Counted from the stretch's first letter, positions 28,751-39,242 are shown. The stretch: DNA of 64,000 nucleotides from an uncultured Chloroflexia bacterium (GCA_963806175.1 CAWDXA010000011.1:199318-263317); one strand, 5' to 3'. A program made the numbers and translations. The notes: generated from the letters alone by a model not told the origin.

Positions 28751-29932
28751 ATGACGAACACCCGCCGGTTCCTGGCGCTGGCCGCGTCGGCCAGCTTCCT
28801 GTTCGCCGCCTGCAGCAGCGGCGGCGCGACCACCGCGCCGTCGGCGGCCCCGAGCGAGGCGGCCCCGAGCGAGGCCGCATCGAGCGCGCCCGAGAGCGCC
28901 GCCCCGTCCCAGGTCGCAGCCCCGGCCGAGGTCCGGCTCCAGCTCCAGTGGGCGCCGCAGGCCCAGTTCGCGGGCTACTTCGCCGCGGTCGAGCAGGGCT
29001 ACTACGACGCCGCCGGGATCAAGCTGACGATCGTGCCCGGCGGCCCGGACGTCATTCCGCAGGCCGCGGGCTCGGCCGCCGACGGTCCCGAGTTCACGAT
29101 CAGCTGGGTGCCCAAGGTGCTCGAGGCGCGGATCGGCACCCCGGCGTCGGACCTGGTCGACATCGCCCAGGTCTTCCAGCGCTCGGGCACGCTGTCCGTG
29201 TCGTGGAAGAGCTCGAACATCACCAAGCCGGCCGATTTCAAGGGCAAGAAGATCGGCGTCTGGGACTTCGGCAACGAGTTCGAGGTCACGGCCGGGGCCC
29301 TCAAGGCCGGGCTGACCCAGGGTACCGACTACGAGAAGGTCATCCAGCCGTTCGACATGACGCTCCTGCTGTCGAAGCAGATCGACGTGGCCGAGGCGAT
29401 GATCTACAACGAGTACGCCCAGCTCCTCGAGGCCAAGGACCCGGAGACCGGGCAGCTCGTCCAGCCGACCGCGCTCAACGTCATCAACTGGAACGACGAG
29501 GGCACGGCGATGCTCCAGGACGCGATCTACGCTCGCGCCTCGTGGCTCGCACAGCCGGGCAACGAGGACGTGGCAGTCCGCTTCCTGAAGGCCTCGTTCC
29601 AGGGCTGGATCTACTGCCGGGCCAATCCGGCGGACTGCGTCCAGTACACGCTCAAGAACGGCTCCACGCTCGGCGCCGGGCACCAGGCCTGGCAGATGAA
29701 CGAGGTCAACGCCCTGATCTGGCCGTCGCCGAACGGGATCGGGATCATGGATCCGGCGCTCTGGCAGCAGACCGTCGACGTGTCCGTGGGCGCCGGGATC
29801 ATCAAGGAGGCGCCGCCGGCCGACGCCTACCGGACCGACCTCGCCCAGAAGGCGCTCGCCGGGATCACCGACGACACGAAGGGCACCGACTTCCAGAAGG
29901 GGGTCGTGGAGGTCACCGAAGGCGGCAACTGA
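28751..29932 (+). CDS. ABC substrate-binding lipoprotein, NMT1/THI5-like (pyrimidine-type)
   Basis: SD GGAGGAG; lipobox-like LFAAC; Ala/Pro/Ser linker; LQLQWAPQAQFAGYFAA, AQVFQRSG, AMIYNE. Confidence 0.88.
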   Translation: MTNTRRFLALAASASFLFAACSSGGATTAPSAAPSEAAPSEAASSAPESAAPSQVAAPAEVRLQLQWAPQAQFAGYFAAVEQGYYDAAGIKLTIVPGGPDVIPQAAGSAADGPEFTISWVPKVLEARIGTPASDLVDIAQVFQRSGTLSVSWKSSNITKPADFKGKKIGVWDFGNEFEVTAGALKAGLTQGTDYEKVIQPFDMTLLLSKQIDVAEAMIYNEYAQLLEAKDPETGQLVQPTALNVINWNDEGTAMLQDAIYARASWLAQPGNEDVAVRFLKASFQGWIYCRANPADCVQYTLKNGSTLGAGHQAWQMNEVNALIWPSPNGIGIMDPALWQQTVDVSVGAGIIKEAPPADAYRTDLAQKALAGITDDTKGTDFQKGVVEVTEGGN

Positions 29933-29952
29933 CCGTCGGGTTGTCGCAGACG

Positions 29953-29986
29953 CGAGAGGGCCGGCCCGTGAGGGCCGGCCCTCTCG
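29953..29986 (+). terminator. 15-bp hairpin with GTGA tetraloop after the SBP gene (terminator or stabiliser; no U-tract)
   Basis: CGAGAGGGCCGGCCC-GTGA-GGGCCGGCCCTCTCG. Confidence 0.7.
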
Positions 29987-30040
29987 ATTCGACGCGACTG
30001 TCGTGTCGTTCGATCCAACCGGCCACCCGATCCGGGCCAT

Positions 30041-31627
30041 GTGGCCGTGTCGCCGCCTCCTTCCGGGATCCACGATCAGAGCGTGAACGACCATCTGGAG
30101 GTCCTGCGCGCCATGCGCGCCAAGGCGCTCGAGGGCGGTGGCCCGGACCGGATCGCCCAGCAGCATGCCCGTGGCAAGCTGACGGCCCGCGAGCGCCTCG
30201 CGCTCCTGCTCGACGACGGCTCGTTCCAGGAAATGGGAGCGCTCGCCACCCACGACGAGACCGGCTTCGGGCTGGCCGATCAGCGCTATCCGGGCGACGG
30301 CGTGGTCGCCGGGTTCGGCAAGGTCAGCGGCCGGCGAGTGGCCGCATTTGCCCAGGACTTCACGGTCATCGGCGGCTCGTTCTCGCGGGTCCAGTCGCAC
30401 AAGATCAGCCGGATCCAGGATCTCGCCCTGGAGAGCGGCGTCCCGATCATCGGCCTCAACGACTCGGGTGGGGCGAGGATCCAGGAGGGCGTCGCGAGCC
30501 TGGCCGCCTACGGCGAGGTCTTCGTGCGCAACGTCCTGTGCTCGGGGGTCATCCCGCAGATCTCGGTCATCCTCGGGCCATGCGCCGGCGGGGCCGTCTA
30601 CTCGCCGGCCCTGACGGACTTCGTGATCATGGCCAGGGGCACCAGCTCGATGTTCCTGACCGGGCCGGATGTCGTCGAAGCCGTGACCGGCGAGGTCGTC
30701 TCGATCGAGGAGCTCGGCGGTTCGGACGTGCACGAGGCGCGCAGCGGCGTCGCCCATCTCGTCGCCGACAACGAGCTCGGGGCGATCGAGCTCGTCAAGC
30801 TCCTGCTCGGCTACCTGCCGCAGAACAACAACGAGGACCCGCCGCAGCTCGTGCCCTACGACCCGGCCGACCGGATGGCCGACGACCTGAACGCGCTCAT
30901 CCCGGATGACGAAGCCGAGACGTACGACGTGCGCGACATCCTGGGCCACGTCTTCGATCGCGACAGCTTCCTCGAGGTGCATGCCGCCTACGCGCCCAAC
31001 GCGGTCACCGGGTTCGCCCGGCTGGACGGCTTCGCGGTCGGGATCGTCGCGAACCAGCCGGCGGTCATGGCCGGCGTGCTCGACATCGACGCCAGCGACA
31101 AGATCGCCCGCTTCATCCGGATCTGCGACGTCTACAACCTCCCGGTCGTCACCTTCGTGGACTGCCCCGGCTTCCTGCCCGGCGTCGACCAGGAGTACCA
31201 GGGCGTCATCCGCCACGGTGCCAAGATCATCTACGCCTACTGCGAGGCGACCGTTCCCAAGATCTCGATCGTGACCCGTCGCGCGATGGGCGGTGCCTAC
31301 GTGGCGATGAGCTCGCGCCAGATGCGGACCGACATCGCGTTCGCGTGGCCCGGCGCCCAGATCGCGGTCATGGGAGCCGAGGCGGCCGTCCGGATCCTGT
31401 ACGCCCGCGAGGTGCGCGCCGCCGACGACCCGGCCGTGGCCACGGCGGCATACGTCCAGGCCTACCGCGATGCGTTCTTCAACCCCTACCGCGCGGCCGA
31501 TGTCGGCCAGATCGACGAGGTCATCGAGCCGCGGGAGACCCGTCCGCGCCTGATCCGGGCCCTCGAGCTGCTCCGCACCAAGGTCCAGCAGAACCCGCCC
31601 AAGAAGCACGGCCTGTTCCCGGCCTGA
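30041..31627 (+). CDS. Acyl-CoA carboxyltransferase (methylmalonyl-CoA decarboxylase alpha / PccB type); alternative start GTG 30083
   Basis: RGKLTARER, DSGGARIQEG, CAGGAVYSPALTD, DCPGFLPG, IIRHGAK, AYVAMS, IEPRETR, PKKHG. Confidence 0.92.
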   Translation: MAVSPPPSGIHDQSVNDHLEVLRAMRAKALEGGGPDRIAQQHARGKLTARERLALLLDDGSFQEMGALATHDETGFGLADQRYPGDGVVAGFGKVSGRRVAAFAQDFTVIGGSFSRVQSHKISRIQDLALESGVPIIGLNDSGGARIQEGVASLAAYGEVFVRNVLCSGVIPQISVILGPCAGGAVYSPALTDFVIMARGTSSMFLTGPDVVEAVTGEVVSIEELGGSDVHEARSGVAHLVADNELGAIELVKLLLGYLPQNNNEDPPQLVPYDPADRMADDLNALIPDDEAETYDVRDILGHVFDRDSFLEVHAAYAPNAVTGFARLDGFAVGIVANQPAVMAGVLDIDASDKIARFIRICDVYNLPVVTFVDCPGFLPGVDQEYQGVIRHGAKIIYAYCEATVPKISIVTRRAMGGAYVAMSSRQMRTDIAFAWPGAQIAVMGAEAAVRILYAREVRAADDPAVATAAYVQAYRDAFFNPYRAADVGQIDEVIEPRETRPRLIRALELLRTKVQQNPPKKHGLFPA

Positions 31628-31629
31628 CG

Positions 31630-32004
31630 ATGGACAACCTCGGCTTCGGCGTGCAGGTCACGGTGCTCGGCCTCGCCATCGTCTTCGGGCTGCTCGCGCT
31701 GCTGTGGCTGCTGCTCACGATCGCCGTCAGGCTCGATGCGCGCCGCCCGTCGCTCGAAGCCGTGCCGCCGGCCGAACCGGCGTCGCCGCGCGTCGCCATC
31801 CGGCCGCTCGACGGCGGGACCGACGTGCCGCCGCAACTGGTCGCGGCGATCGCGGTGGCGATCAAGCGCCACGCCGATCAACGACGGCGGCTGGCCGCGC
31901 CGGTCATGCGCAGCTACTGGCCCGGGAGCCTCCTCTTCGCGAGCCGATGGGTCGCCGCCGGCCGGACTCGCCAGGGTCAGTCCTGGCGTCGGAGGGGCCG
32001 ATGA
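31630..32004 (+). CDS. OadG/MmdD-family small subunit of Na+-pumping decarboxylase
   Basis: N-terminal TM (TVLGLAIVFGLLALLWLL), Pro/Ala linker, ELxAAIAVA-like QLVAAIAVAI, C-terminal WVAAGR. Confidence 0.8.
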   Translation: MDNLGFGVQVTVLGLAIVFGLLALLWLLLTIAVRLDARRPSLEAVPPAEPASPRVAIRPLDGGTDVPPQLVAAIAVAIKRHADQRRRLAAPVMRSYWPGSLLFASRWVAAGRTRQGQSWRRRGR

Positions 32005-32549
32005 GCCTGCGCCGCTACACGGTCTCCATCGACGAGCACTCGTTCACCGTCGACGTCCTGGAAACGGCCGCCGATCGCTTCGAGGTCTCGGTCGACGGAC
32101 GGACGTTCGAGGCGACGCTGCTCGACGATCACGACCTGCCCGGCGCCCCCATCTCGCCGCAAGTTCCCCCGAGCGAGCCTCGCGCCACGGGGGCCGTCAC
32201 CGCGACGGGCTCCGGCGGTGACCCGAGCGCCGTTCCGCTCGTGCACGGCCCGGATCCGGCCGCATCGCCCTCGACGACCGCGACCCGCCGGCCGCCGCCA
32301 GGCCGCCGCGACGTCGCCGGCCGTGTCGTCGCCCTGCCGTCGCCGATGCCGGGTGTCGTCCTCGAGGTCTTCGTGACACCGGGTATGAGCGTCCGTCGCG
32401 GTGACGCCATCCTGGTGCTCGAGGCGATGAAGATGCGCAACACCATCCGCAGTCCGCGCGATGCCGTCGTCGTCGAGGTCGCCGTCGCCGCGGGCCAGCC
32501 GGTCGGGCCGGGCGCGCTGCTCGTCACCCTCGGCGACGCCCCGGGATGA
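32001..32549 (+). CDS. Biotin carboxyl carrier protein (MmdC-like)
   Basis: SPMPG...LEAMKM biotinylation motif; N-terminal RYTVSIDEHSFTVDV. Confidence 0.92.
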   Translation: MSLRRYTVSIDEHSFTVDVLETAADRFEVSVDGRTFEATLLDDHDLPGAPISPQVPPSEPRATGAVTATGSGGDPSAVPLVHGPDPAASPSTTATRRPPPGRRDVAGRVVALPSPMPGVVLEVFVTPGMSVRRGDAILVLEAMKMRNTIRSPRDAVVVEVAVAAGQPVGPGALLVTLGDAPG

Positions 32550-33673
32550 GCCAGGACACGATCGACCAACTGCTGGCCGGAGTCACCGCGGTCACCTGGC
32601 AGTCGACGGTCATGATCGTCATCGCCGGCGGCCTCCTCTACCTCGCGATCGTCCGCGACTACGAACCGCTGCTGCTCCTGCCGATCGGCGCCGGGGCGAT
32701 CCTTGCCAACCTGCCGTTGTCGCCGATGGTCGGTGAGGGTGGCCTCCTGTCCATCCTCTATGACGCAGGGGTCGGGAACGAGCTGTTCCCGTTGTTGATC
32801 TTCATCGGCATCGGCGCCATGACCGACTTCGGGCCGCTGCTCGAGAACCCGAGGATGATCCTGCTCGGCGCCGCGGGCCAGTTCGGGATCTTCGGCGTCC
32901 TGCTGGTCGCCCTGCTCCTCGGCTTCACCCGGGCGGAGTCGGCCTCGATCGGGATCATCGGCGCGATCGACGGCCCCACCTCGATCTACGTCAGCGGCCT
33001 GCTCGCACCACACCTGCTCGGCCCGATCACGGTCGCCGCCTACAGCTACATGGCCCTCGTGCCGGTGATCATGCCGCCGGTCATGCGCGCCCTGACGACC
33101 CCCGAGGAGCGCCGGATCCGGATGCACCCGGGCGGACACGCCGTGAGCCGCCGGACGCGGATCCTCTTTCCGATCGCGGTGACGGTCATCGTGGGAACGC
33201 TCGTGCCGTACGCGACGCCGCTCGTCGGCTCGCTCATGCTCGGCAACCTGATGCGCGAATCGCACGCCGTGGAACGGCTGACCGGCAGCGCGTCGAACGA
33301 GCTGACCAACGTGGTGACGCTCTTCCTCGGCCTCGCCATCGGCTCGACGATGGTCGGGACCACCTTCCTGCAACCCGGCACCCTGGCGATCCTCGTGCTC
33401 GGGATCCTCGCCTTCGGCCTGGACACCGCGGCCGGCATCCTGTTCGCCAAGGTCCTCAACCGGCTGTCGGGAGGGACGTTCAACCCGCTCATCGGCGCGG
33501 CCGGGATCAGCGCCTTCCCGATGGCCGCCCGGGTCGTGCAGCGGGTGGCGCAGCGAGAGGATTTCGAGAACTTCCCGTTGATGCACGCGATGGGCGCGAA
33601 CGCGGCCGGGCAGGTCGCCAGCACCGTGGCGGGCGGCGTGCTGCTCGCACTGGTCGCGGGCGCCGGAATCTGA
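32546..33673 (+). CDS. Na+-transporting decarboxylase beta subunit (OadB/MmdB)
   Basis: EPLLLLPIG, ELFPLLIFIGIGAMTDFGPL, IIGAIDGPTSI, YSYMALVP, SAFPMAARV, HAMGANAAG. Confidence 0.93.
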   Translation: MSQDTIDQLLAGVTAVTWQSTVMIVIAGGLLYLAIVRDYEPLLLLPIGAGAILANLPLSPMVGEGGLLSILYDAGVGNELFPLLIFIGIGAMTDFGPLLENPRMILLGAAGQFGIFGVLLVALLLGFTRAESASIGIIGAIDGPTSIYVSGLLAPHLLGPITVAAYSYMALVPVIMPPVMRALTTPEERRIRMHPGGHAVSRRTRILFPIAVTVIVGTLVPYATPLVGSLMLGNLMRESHAVERLTGSASNELTNVVTLFLGLAIGSTMVGTTFLQPGTLAILVLGILAFGLDTAAGILFAKVLNRLSGGTFNPLIGAAGISAFPMAARVVQRVAQREDFENFPLMHAMGANAAGQVASTVAGGVLLALVAGAGI

Positions 33674-33675
33674 CG

Positions 33676-34332
33676 TCAGGCGGACGGCGCGGCCGTCCCT
33701 CGGCACCGATCCACGCCCGTGACGAGCTGGTCCGTGAGCCAGGCCTCGTACGCGTCCGCTGACCAGCCGTGGACACCGACCAGCTGTGCGAAGAGGTCGT
33801 ACAGCGTGAGCGCGTCGACGACCGCCGTGGCGAGCCCGACGTCGATCCCCGGGGCGACGTCCTGCTCCAGCGCCCGAACGAACCAGGCGATCCCGTCGCG
33901 GCGGCGGGCCAGGGTCGCCGACACATCGGCGCGAACGGACGGGTCGACGCGAGCGGCATCCTCGTTGACCTTGACGATATCGCCGCCGAGCGTCCATCGA
34001 AGCCGGATCGAGCGGGCGAAGCCCGCCAGCCGGCGCTCGACGGTCGGCTCGGCCGCCGCAGCGCGCAGCGCGGCGTCCGCCTCGGGCAGGCTGATGACAC
34101 TCGCGCGCAGCTCGGCCAGGATCTCGGCTTTCGAGCCGAAGACGGCGTAGACGGTCTGGATCGCCACCCCGGCCTCGGCGGCGAGGGCCTTCAAGGTCGT
34201 GGCGGCATAGCCGTCGCGAAAGAACAACCGGCGGGCGGCCTCGAGGATCCGGCCCCGAGTCACGGCCGCCCGCTCTTCCCGGAGCGTGGGACGTCGGTCG
34301 GCTGGGAACAGGTCGGAGTTGACGGGGGCCAC
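33676..34332 (-). CDS. TetR/AcrR family regulator
   Basis: RILEAARRLFFRDGYAATTLKALAAEAGVAIQTVYAVFGSK HTH. Confidence 0.92.
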   Translation of the reverse strand: MAPVNSDLFPADRRPTLREERAAVTRGRILEAARRLFFRDGYAATTLKALAAEAGVAIQTVYAVFGSKAEILAELRASVISLPEADAALRAAAAEPTVERRLAGFARSIRLRWTLGGDIVKVNEDAARVDPSVRADVSATLARRRDGIAWFVRALEQDVAPGIDVGLATAVVDALTLYDLFAQLVGVHGWSADAYEAWLTDQLVTGVDRCRGTAAPSA

Positions 34333-34335
34333 GTT

Positions 34336-34374
34336 GATAGAGTATCACTCTATCTGAATAGAGTTGAGCTCTAT
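34336..34374. promoter_or_regulatory. Two inverted repeats ATAGAG-N5-CTCTAT, 21 bp apart; probable TetR operators in the divergent promoter
   Basis: GATAGAGTATCACTCTATC (34336-54) and ATAGAGTTGAGCTCTAT (34358-74), between divergent tetR and ester-cyclase genes. Confidence 0.8.
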
Positions 34375-34402
34375 CCACACCAGCCAGACGAAAGGAATCC
34401 TG

Positions 34403-34846
34403 ATGGCCATCGACGACAACGCCGCACGCTTCCGCCGAATCGTGGAGGAGGGGATCGGCCGCGGCGACGAATCCGTGCTCGACGACCTGGTCGCCCCGGA
34501 CGTCGTGGAGCATCAGCGGGGCAACTCATCAGGACTCGACGGGGTGAAGGGCGTGTCGCGGACCCTCCATCGCTGGCTGGCCGACTTCTCGCTGACCGTC
34601 GAGGACACCGCCGTGTCGGGCGACACCGTCTGGACCCGGAATCGAGCCTGCGGAACGAGCACGGGTTCGGTCATGGGCTTCGGTCCGACCGGTCGGCTCG
34701 TCGAAGTCGACGTGATCGACGTCGGGCGGTTCGAGAACGGCAAGCTCGTCGAGCACTGGGGCATCGCAGACCAGTTGGGCCTGCTCTTCCAGCTTGGGTT
34801 CGATCCCCGCCCCGTTGCCGCCGCGGGTGCGGAGCGGGGCTCCTGA
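34403..34846 (+). CDS. SnoaL-like ester cyclase / polyketide cyclase family protein
   Basis: SD AAAGGA; LDDLVAPDVVEH, VEDTAVSGDTVW, RFENGKLVEHWGIADQLGLLFQLG. Confidence 0.85.
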   Translation: MAIDDNAARFRRIVEEGIGRGDESVLDDLVAPDVVEHQRGNSSGLDGVKGVSRTLHRWLADFSLTVEDTAVSGDTVWTRNRACGTSTGSVMGFGPTGRLVEVDVIDVGRFENGKLVEHWGIADQLGLLFQLGFDPRPVAAAGAERGS

Positions 34847-35001
34847 CCCCGAAGGCTCAGTGCGATGCGAATGAGATCCCTCCGGGTCGCTGCCGCTCTC
34901 CTCCTCGGTGCATCGATGAACAGCCCTTCCTCGCGTCGGCGGGGACATCCGTCGCTCCCGGGACCCGCGGGGACCCTCGCGATCGCCTCGCGGCGCCTGC
35001 G

Positions 35002-35200
35002 TTCCTTGCGGCAGACCTCGCATACTTCCCGGGTCCGATCCTCGCTGCGGTAGCCCGCGCCCAGGCGGTCGCCGGCGTCGGGGCCATCCTCCTCATGGCG
35101 CTGGCTCTCGCCGCGGTGATCCACGGCACCGAGACCCGGATCCGCCGTCTGGAGCCCGATCCGGTCAGCGTGCTGCTCGTCTACGTCCTGCTCTCGGTGT
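35002..35200 (+). pseudogene. C-terminal relic resembling a CaCA (Na+/Ca2+ antiporter) membrane protein
   Basis: FLAADLAYFPGPILAAV...GAILLMALALAAVIHGTETRIRRLEPDPVSVLLVYVLL has no start or N-terminal part; family call is from memory of CaCA C-termini. Confidence 0.45.
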
Positions 35201-35203
35201 GGT

Positions 35204-37948
35204 ATGGGTATCCACGTCATGAGCGATGCACCCAGGCCGACCAGCACGTTGCCGGATCCGTGGACGATCGAGGCTCACGACGTGGTATCGGCACTCATGT
35301 CGGATCCCGTCCTCGGCCTTGCGCCCGACGAGGCCCGCGTCCGACTGGAACGGCACGGCCCAAACGAGCTTCGTGCCCGCGCGGTCAAGCCTGCCTGGCG
35401 CCTCTTTGTCGAGCAGTTCACGAACGCGATGATCCTCGTCCTCATCGGGGCGGCGGTCATCACCGCGGTGATCGGCGACCTCAAGGACACGGCCGTCATC
35501 CTGGGCATCGTTGCCCTCAACGGCATCGTCGGCTTCGTCCAGGAGTACCGGGCCGAGAAGGCGATGGACGCACTCAAGCGGATGACCAGCCCCTCGACGC
35601 GCGTCATTCGTGGCGGCGAGACAACGATGGTTCCGGCGCCAGAGCTGGTGCCGGGTGACATCGTGCGGTTGGACGCCGGGGACGTAGTGACGGCTGACTT
35701 GCGCCTCCTCGAGGCCCAGTCGCTGCGGATCAACGAGGCCGCCCTGACCGGCGAGTCGGAACCCGCGAGCAAGACCATTGCACCGCTCCCGCTGGTGACT
35801 GCCGCGCTCCTCGCCGATCAGCGGAACATGGGCTTCAGCGGAACGGCGGTCACGTACGGGCGCGGCCTGGGGGTCATCGTCGCGACGGGCATGGGGACCG
35901 CTCTTGGACGCGTCGCCGAACTGCTCCAGGAGCACGGCAGCGGCCAGACTCCGCTCCAGCGGCGGCTCTCGACGCTCGGCAAGCGGCTGGCGGGCGCGGC
36001 GTTCGTCGTGTGCGTCTTCGTCTTCGCCTCGGGCGTCGCTCGTGGCGAGCCGGTGGACGTCATGTTCCTGACGGCGGTCAGCCTCGCGGTCGCGGCGATC
36101 CCGGAAGGCCTGCCGGCGGTCGTGACGATCGCCCTGGCACTGGGCGCCCGACGGATGGCCCGGCGCCGCTCGCTGATCCGCAAGCTGCCGGCGGTCGAGA
36201 CGCTCGGCTCGGTCACCGTGATCTGCAGCGACAAGACCGGGACCCTGACCGAGAACCGGATGCTCGTCGAGCGAGTCTGGACACCGAACGGGGAGTACCG
36301 GGTGACCGGTGACGGCTACGCGCCGGAGGGGCAGTTCGAGCCTCGGCCCGCCGACGACCAGGCACTCGACGGGCTCGCCCGGATCGCCGCCGCGTGTAAC
36401 GACGCGTCGCTCCGCGCACCGGCGCGGCACGGAGATCCCTGGACGATCACCGGGGATCCGACCGAGGCGGCGCTCCTTGCGCTTGCCGCCAAGCGCGGCG
36501 TCGACCCCGCCGTGCTCGTCGCGGCCTGCCCGCGAGTGGAGGAGCTGACGTTCGACGCTGCACGGCGACGGATGGCCACGCTGCACGCAGAGGATGACCA
36601 CGTCTGGGTCGCGGTCAAGGGCGCCCTCGAGTCGCTTGGGCCGTTGATCGACCCCACCGACGAGGCCGTACTGCGGCGGGCGGAGCGGGTTGCCGAGGGC
36701 TACGCCGCCGACGGCTACCGGGTCCTGGCCTTCGCTGAACGCACGATCGTTGACGTCCCGGCTCGGCTCGACGACGCCGAGTATGGACTCCATTTGGTGG
36801 GTATCGTCGGTATGGCTGATCCGCCGCGGACGGCGTCCGCCCCGTCGATCGCGGCGTGTCGCGCGGCGGGCATCACGCCGATCATGATCACCGGCGACCA
36901 CCCGCTGACGGCGGCCGCGATCGCCCGCCGGATCGGCGTCCTCCGAGAGGGCGACCGCAGCCTGAGTGGCGTCGAGCTCGAGGCGCTCGACAACGCTGCC
37001 TTCGATGTCATCGTGGCCGACGTCTCGGTGTACGCGAGGACGAACCCCGAGCAGAAGCTCCGGATCGTCGACGCGTGGCGACGGCGGGGGGCCGTCGTGG
37101 CGATGACGGGCGATGGCGTGAACGACGCACCGGCGCTCAGGCTCGCCGACATCGGCGTCGCGATGGGTATCACCGGGACCGAGGTGAGCAAGGAAGCCGC
37201 CGACATGGTCCTCGCCGATGACGACTTCGCGACCATCGTCGCGGCCATCGAGGAGGGGCGCCGGATCTACGACAATATCCGACGCTTCGTGCGCTACCTG
37301 TTGACGACGAACTCCGCGGAGATCTGGGTCATGGCGCTCGCGCCGTTCCTTGGACTCCCCTTCCCACTCATCGCCGTGCAGATCCTGTGGATCAACCTCG
37401 TAACGGACGGCTTCCCCGCGCTCGCGCTCGGGGTCGAGCCGGTCGAGGCGGGCGCCATGCGGCGGCCCCCCCGGCCTCCGACCGAGTCGATATTCGCACG
37501 AGGCCTCTGGCGTCAGGCGGTCTGGGTCGGTCTGTTCATGGCCGGCGTGACGCTCGCCGTGCAGGCGTACGCGATCGGTCAGGGTTGGCCGTGGCAGACG
37601 ATGGTGTTCACGACGCTGGCCCTGCTCCAGCTTGGCAACTCACTGGCCGTCCGCTCGGAGACGGACAGCTTCTTCCAGCTCGGGCCCCGCTCGAATCTGC
37701 CGCTGACCATCGCCTTTGCAGCCACGCTCGCCGTCCAGCTCGGGCTCGTCTTCGTCCCGGCGGTCCAGCCGATCTTCGAGACTGTTGCGCTCACCCCGGT
37801 GCAGCTCGCGGTCGTTCTCGCCGCGTCAACGCTCGGATTCCTCGCCGTGGAGATCGAGAAGTGGGTCGGACGTCGCAGGTCCGGCCGCGGCGGGCATCCA
37901 GTCGGGGTGCTGGCTGACAGCGGCTCGGCCCGGCGCGCCCCCGGCTGA
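35204..37948 (+). CDS. Cation-transporting P-type ATPase (P2A, Ca2+-like); start may be 35219
   Basis: TGES, PEGL, DKTGTLT (phospho-Asp), [33 protein letters not shown]. Confidence 0.95.
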   Translation: MGIHVMSDAPRPTSTLPDPWTIEAHDVVSALMSDPVLGLAPDEARVRLERHGPNELRARAVKPAWRLFVEQFTNAMILVLIGAAVITAVIGDLKDTAVILGIVALNGIVGFVQEYRAEKAMDALKRMTSPSTRVIRGGETTMVPAPELVPGDIVRLDAGDVVTADLRLLEAQSLRINEAALTGESEPASKTIAPLPLVTAALLADQRNMGFSGTAVTYGRGLGVIVATGMGTALGRVAELLQEHGSGQTPLQRRLSTLGKRLAGAAFVVCVFVFASGVARGEPVDVMFLTAVSLAVAAIPEGLPAVVTIALALGARRMARRRSLIRKLPAVETLGSVTVICSDKTGTLTENRMLVERVWTPNGEYRVTGDGYAPEGQFEPRPADDQALDGLARIAAACNDASLRAPARHGDPWTITGDPTEAALLALAAKRGVDPAVLVAACPRVEELTFDAARRRMATLHAEDDHVWVAVKGALESLGPLIDPTDEAVLRRAERVAEGYAADGYRVLAFAERTIVDVPARLDDAEYGLHLVGIVGMADPPRTASAPSIAACRAAGITPIMITGDHPLTAAAIARRIGVLREGDRSLSGVELEALDNAAFDVIVADVSVYARTNPEQKLRIVDAWRRRGAVVAMTGDGVNDAPALRLADIGVAMGITGTEVSKEAADMVLADDDFATIVAAIEEGRRIYDNIRRFVRYLLTTNSAEIWVMALAPFLGLPFPLIAVQILWINLVTDGFPALALGVEPVEAGAMRRPPRPPTESIFARGLWRQAVWVGLFMAGVTLAVQAYAIGQGWPWQTMVFTTLALLQLGNSLAVRSETDSFFQLGPRSNLPLTIAFAATLAVQLGLVFVPAVQPIFETVALTPVQLAVVLAASTLGFLAVEIEKWVGRRRSGRGGHPVGVLADSGSARRAPG

Positions 37949-38134
37949 ATCACGCAATCACCCCCTCGGGTGACGTCGCTGTGGTCAGCGTCGCCTACGG
38001 TGGAGCCTCGTCCGTTGCTCGGCGGTCTAGCCAGTCATCGAGGCGACGATTGGTCGGGTTGACGGGCGGCCGACGTGTCGCTGCGACCGCAGCGGTCCGG
38101 CTGAACCGTGGATTCAGTCGTGAGACAATGGCCA

Positions 38135-38513
38135 TCACCTTCGGGCGACAAGCGGGTCGACCACGAGCAGGCCGGCGGCCGACAGGCCCACGCCGGCAGC
38201 AACCGCGAGCGCCGTCGCGGCGTCGGCGAACGCGTGCACGGCCTCGGCGCGCAGGACGCGGCTGTGATGACGCGCCGCACGGCGCCCGAGGAACACCGCG
38301 AGGACGGCGTTCGCCGCCGCTGACGAGCTCATGACCGCGAGCCCGACGGTGGATGCCGCGAGGTGTTCCGGCCGCAGGAGCCGCGGCACTGCCGTCACCA
38401 CGATGAGCCCGACTGCGGCCAACAAGAGGACTCCGATCAGCAGCGACGCCACCGCCTCGTAGCGCTCGTAGCCGTAGGGATGGCGCGCGTCGGGCGGGCG
38501 CGTCGCCAGCCAC
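38135..38513 (-). pseudogene. Internal fragment of a cation diffusion facilitator (CDF) transporter
   Basis: RPPDARHPYGYERYEAVAS and LRAEAVHAFAD...VDPLVA (TM3-TM6 motifs); no N-terminal TMs or C-terminal domain; stop directly after DPLVARR. Confidence 0.75.
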
Positions 38514-38600
38514 CGCCCGCCAGTCGCGTTGGAACTGCCGCGAAGGGTAGGGTCAGGAATCAGATGGCCAGAATCGCCTCGACGGCCACCACCAAGACGC

Positions 38601-39242
38601 CTACCCGCCCAGGCCCGTCCCAAACTGCCGGTCGCCGGCGTCGCCGAGGCCAGGCTGGATGTAGCCGCGGTCGTTGAGGCTGCGGTCCAGCGCGGCACAG
38701 TGGATCTCGACGTCGGGGTGGGCCGTGCTGACCGCGTCGATCCCCTCCGGCGCCGCGATCAGGTTGACCAGCTTGATCCTGACCGCGCCCCACTTCTTGA
38801 GGACCTCGATCGCGGCCGTGGCCGAGCCGCCGGTCGCCAGCATCGGGTCGAGGATCAGGCACAGATCGACGGTCGCCGAGTTCGGCAGCTTGTTGTAGTA
38901 CTCGACCGGGCGCAGCGTCCGCTCGTCACGGAACAGGCCCAGGTGCCAGACCTGCGCGGTCGGCATCAACTCGAGCATCGCGTCGACCATGCCGAGCCCC
39001 GCTCGCAGGATCGGGACGAGCCCGATCCGGGCGTCGAGCTCGTGTGCAGTCATGGCTTCCATCGGCGTCCGGATGTCGAGCGGCCGGACCCCGACGTCGG
39101 CCAGCGCCTCGTAGCCCAGGAGCCACGACAGCTCGCGGACGAGTTCGCGGAACTTCTTCGGCTCCGTGCGCTCGTCGCGCAGGATCGCGAGCTTGTGCAG
39201 GACAGCCGGATGCTGCGAGACATGGACAGTCGCGGCGGGCAC
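38601..39242 (-). CDS. upp: Uracil phosphoribosyltransferase
   Basis: [30 protein letters not shown] (PRPP motif), [17 protein letters not shown]. Confidence 0.96.
   Translation of the reverse strand: MPAATVHVSQHPAVLHKLAILRDERTEPKKFRELVRELSWLLGYEALADVGVRPLDIRTPMEAMTAHELDARIGLVPILRAGLGMVDAMLELMPTAQVWHLGLFRDERTLRPVEYYNKLPNSATVDLCLILDPMLATGGSATAAIEVLKKWGAVRIKLVNLIAAPEGIDAVSTAHPDVEIHCAALDRSLNDRGYIQPGLGDAGDRQFGTGLGG

Noticed and set aside
34336-34363. Resemblance of the operator half-sites (GATAGAGT/ACTCTATC) to Tn10 tetO
   Set aside because: The half-sites are in the opposite orientation, and no tetA or Tn10 sequence is present; treated as coincidence.
34847-35203. yybP-ykoY (Mn) or other metal riboswitch upstream of the P-type ATPase
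   Set aside because: No recognisable consensus; the region is better explained as a coding relic.
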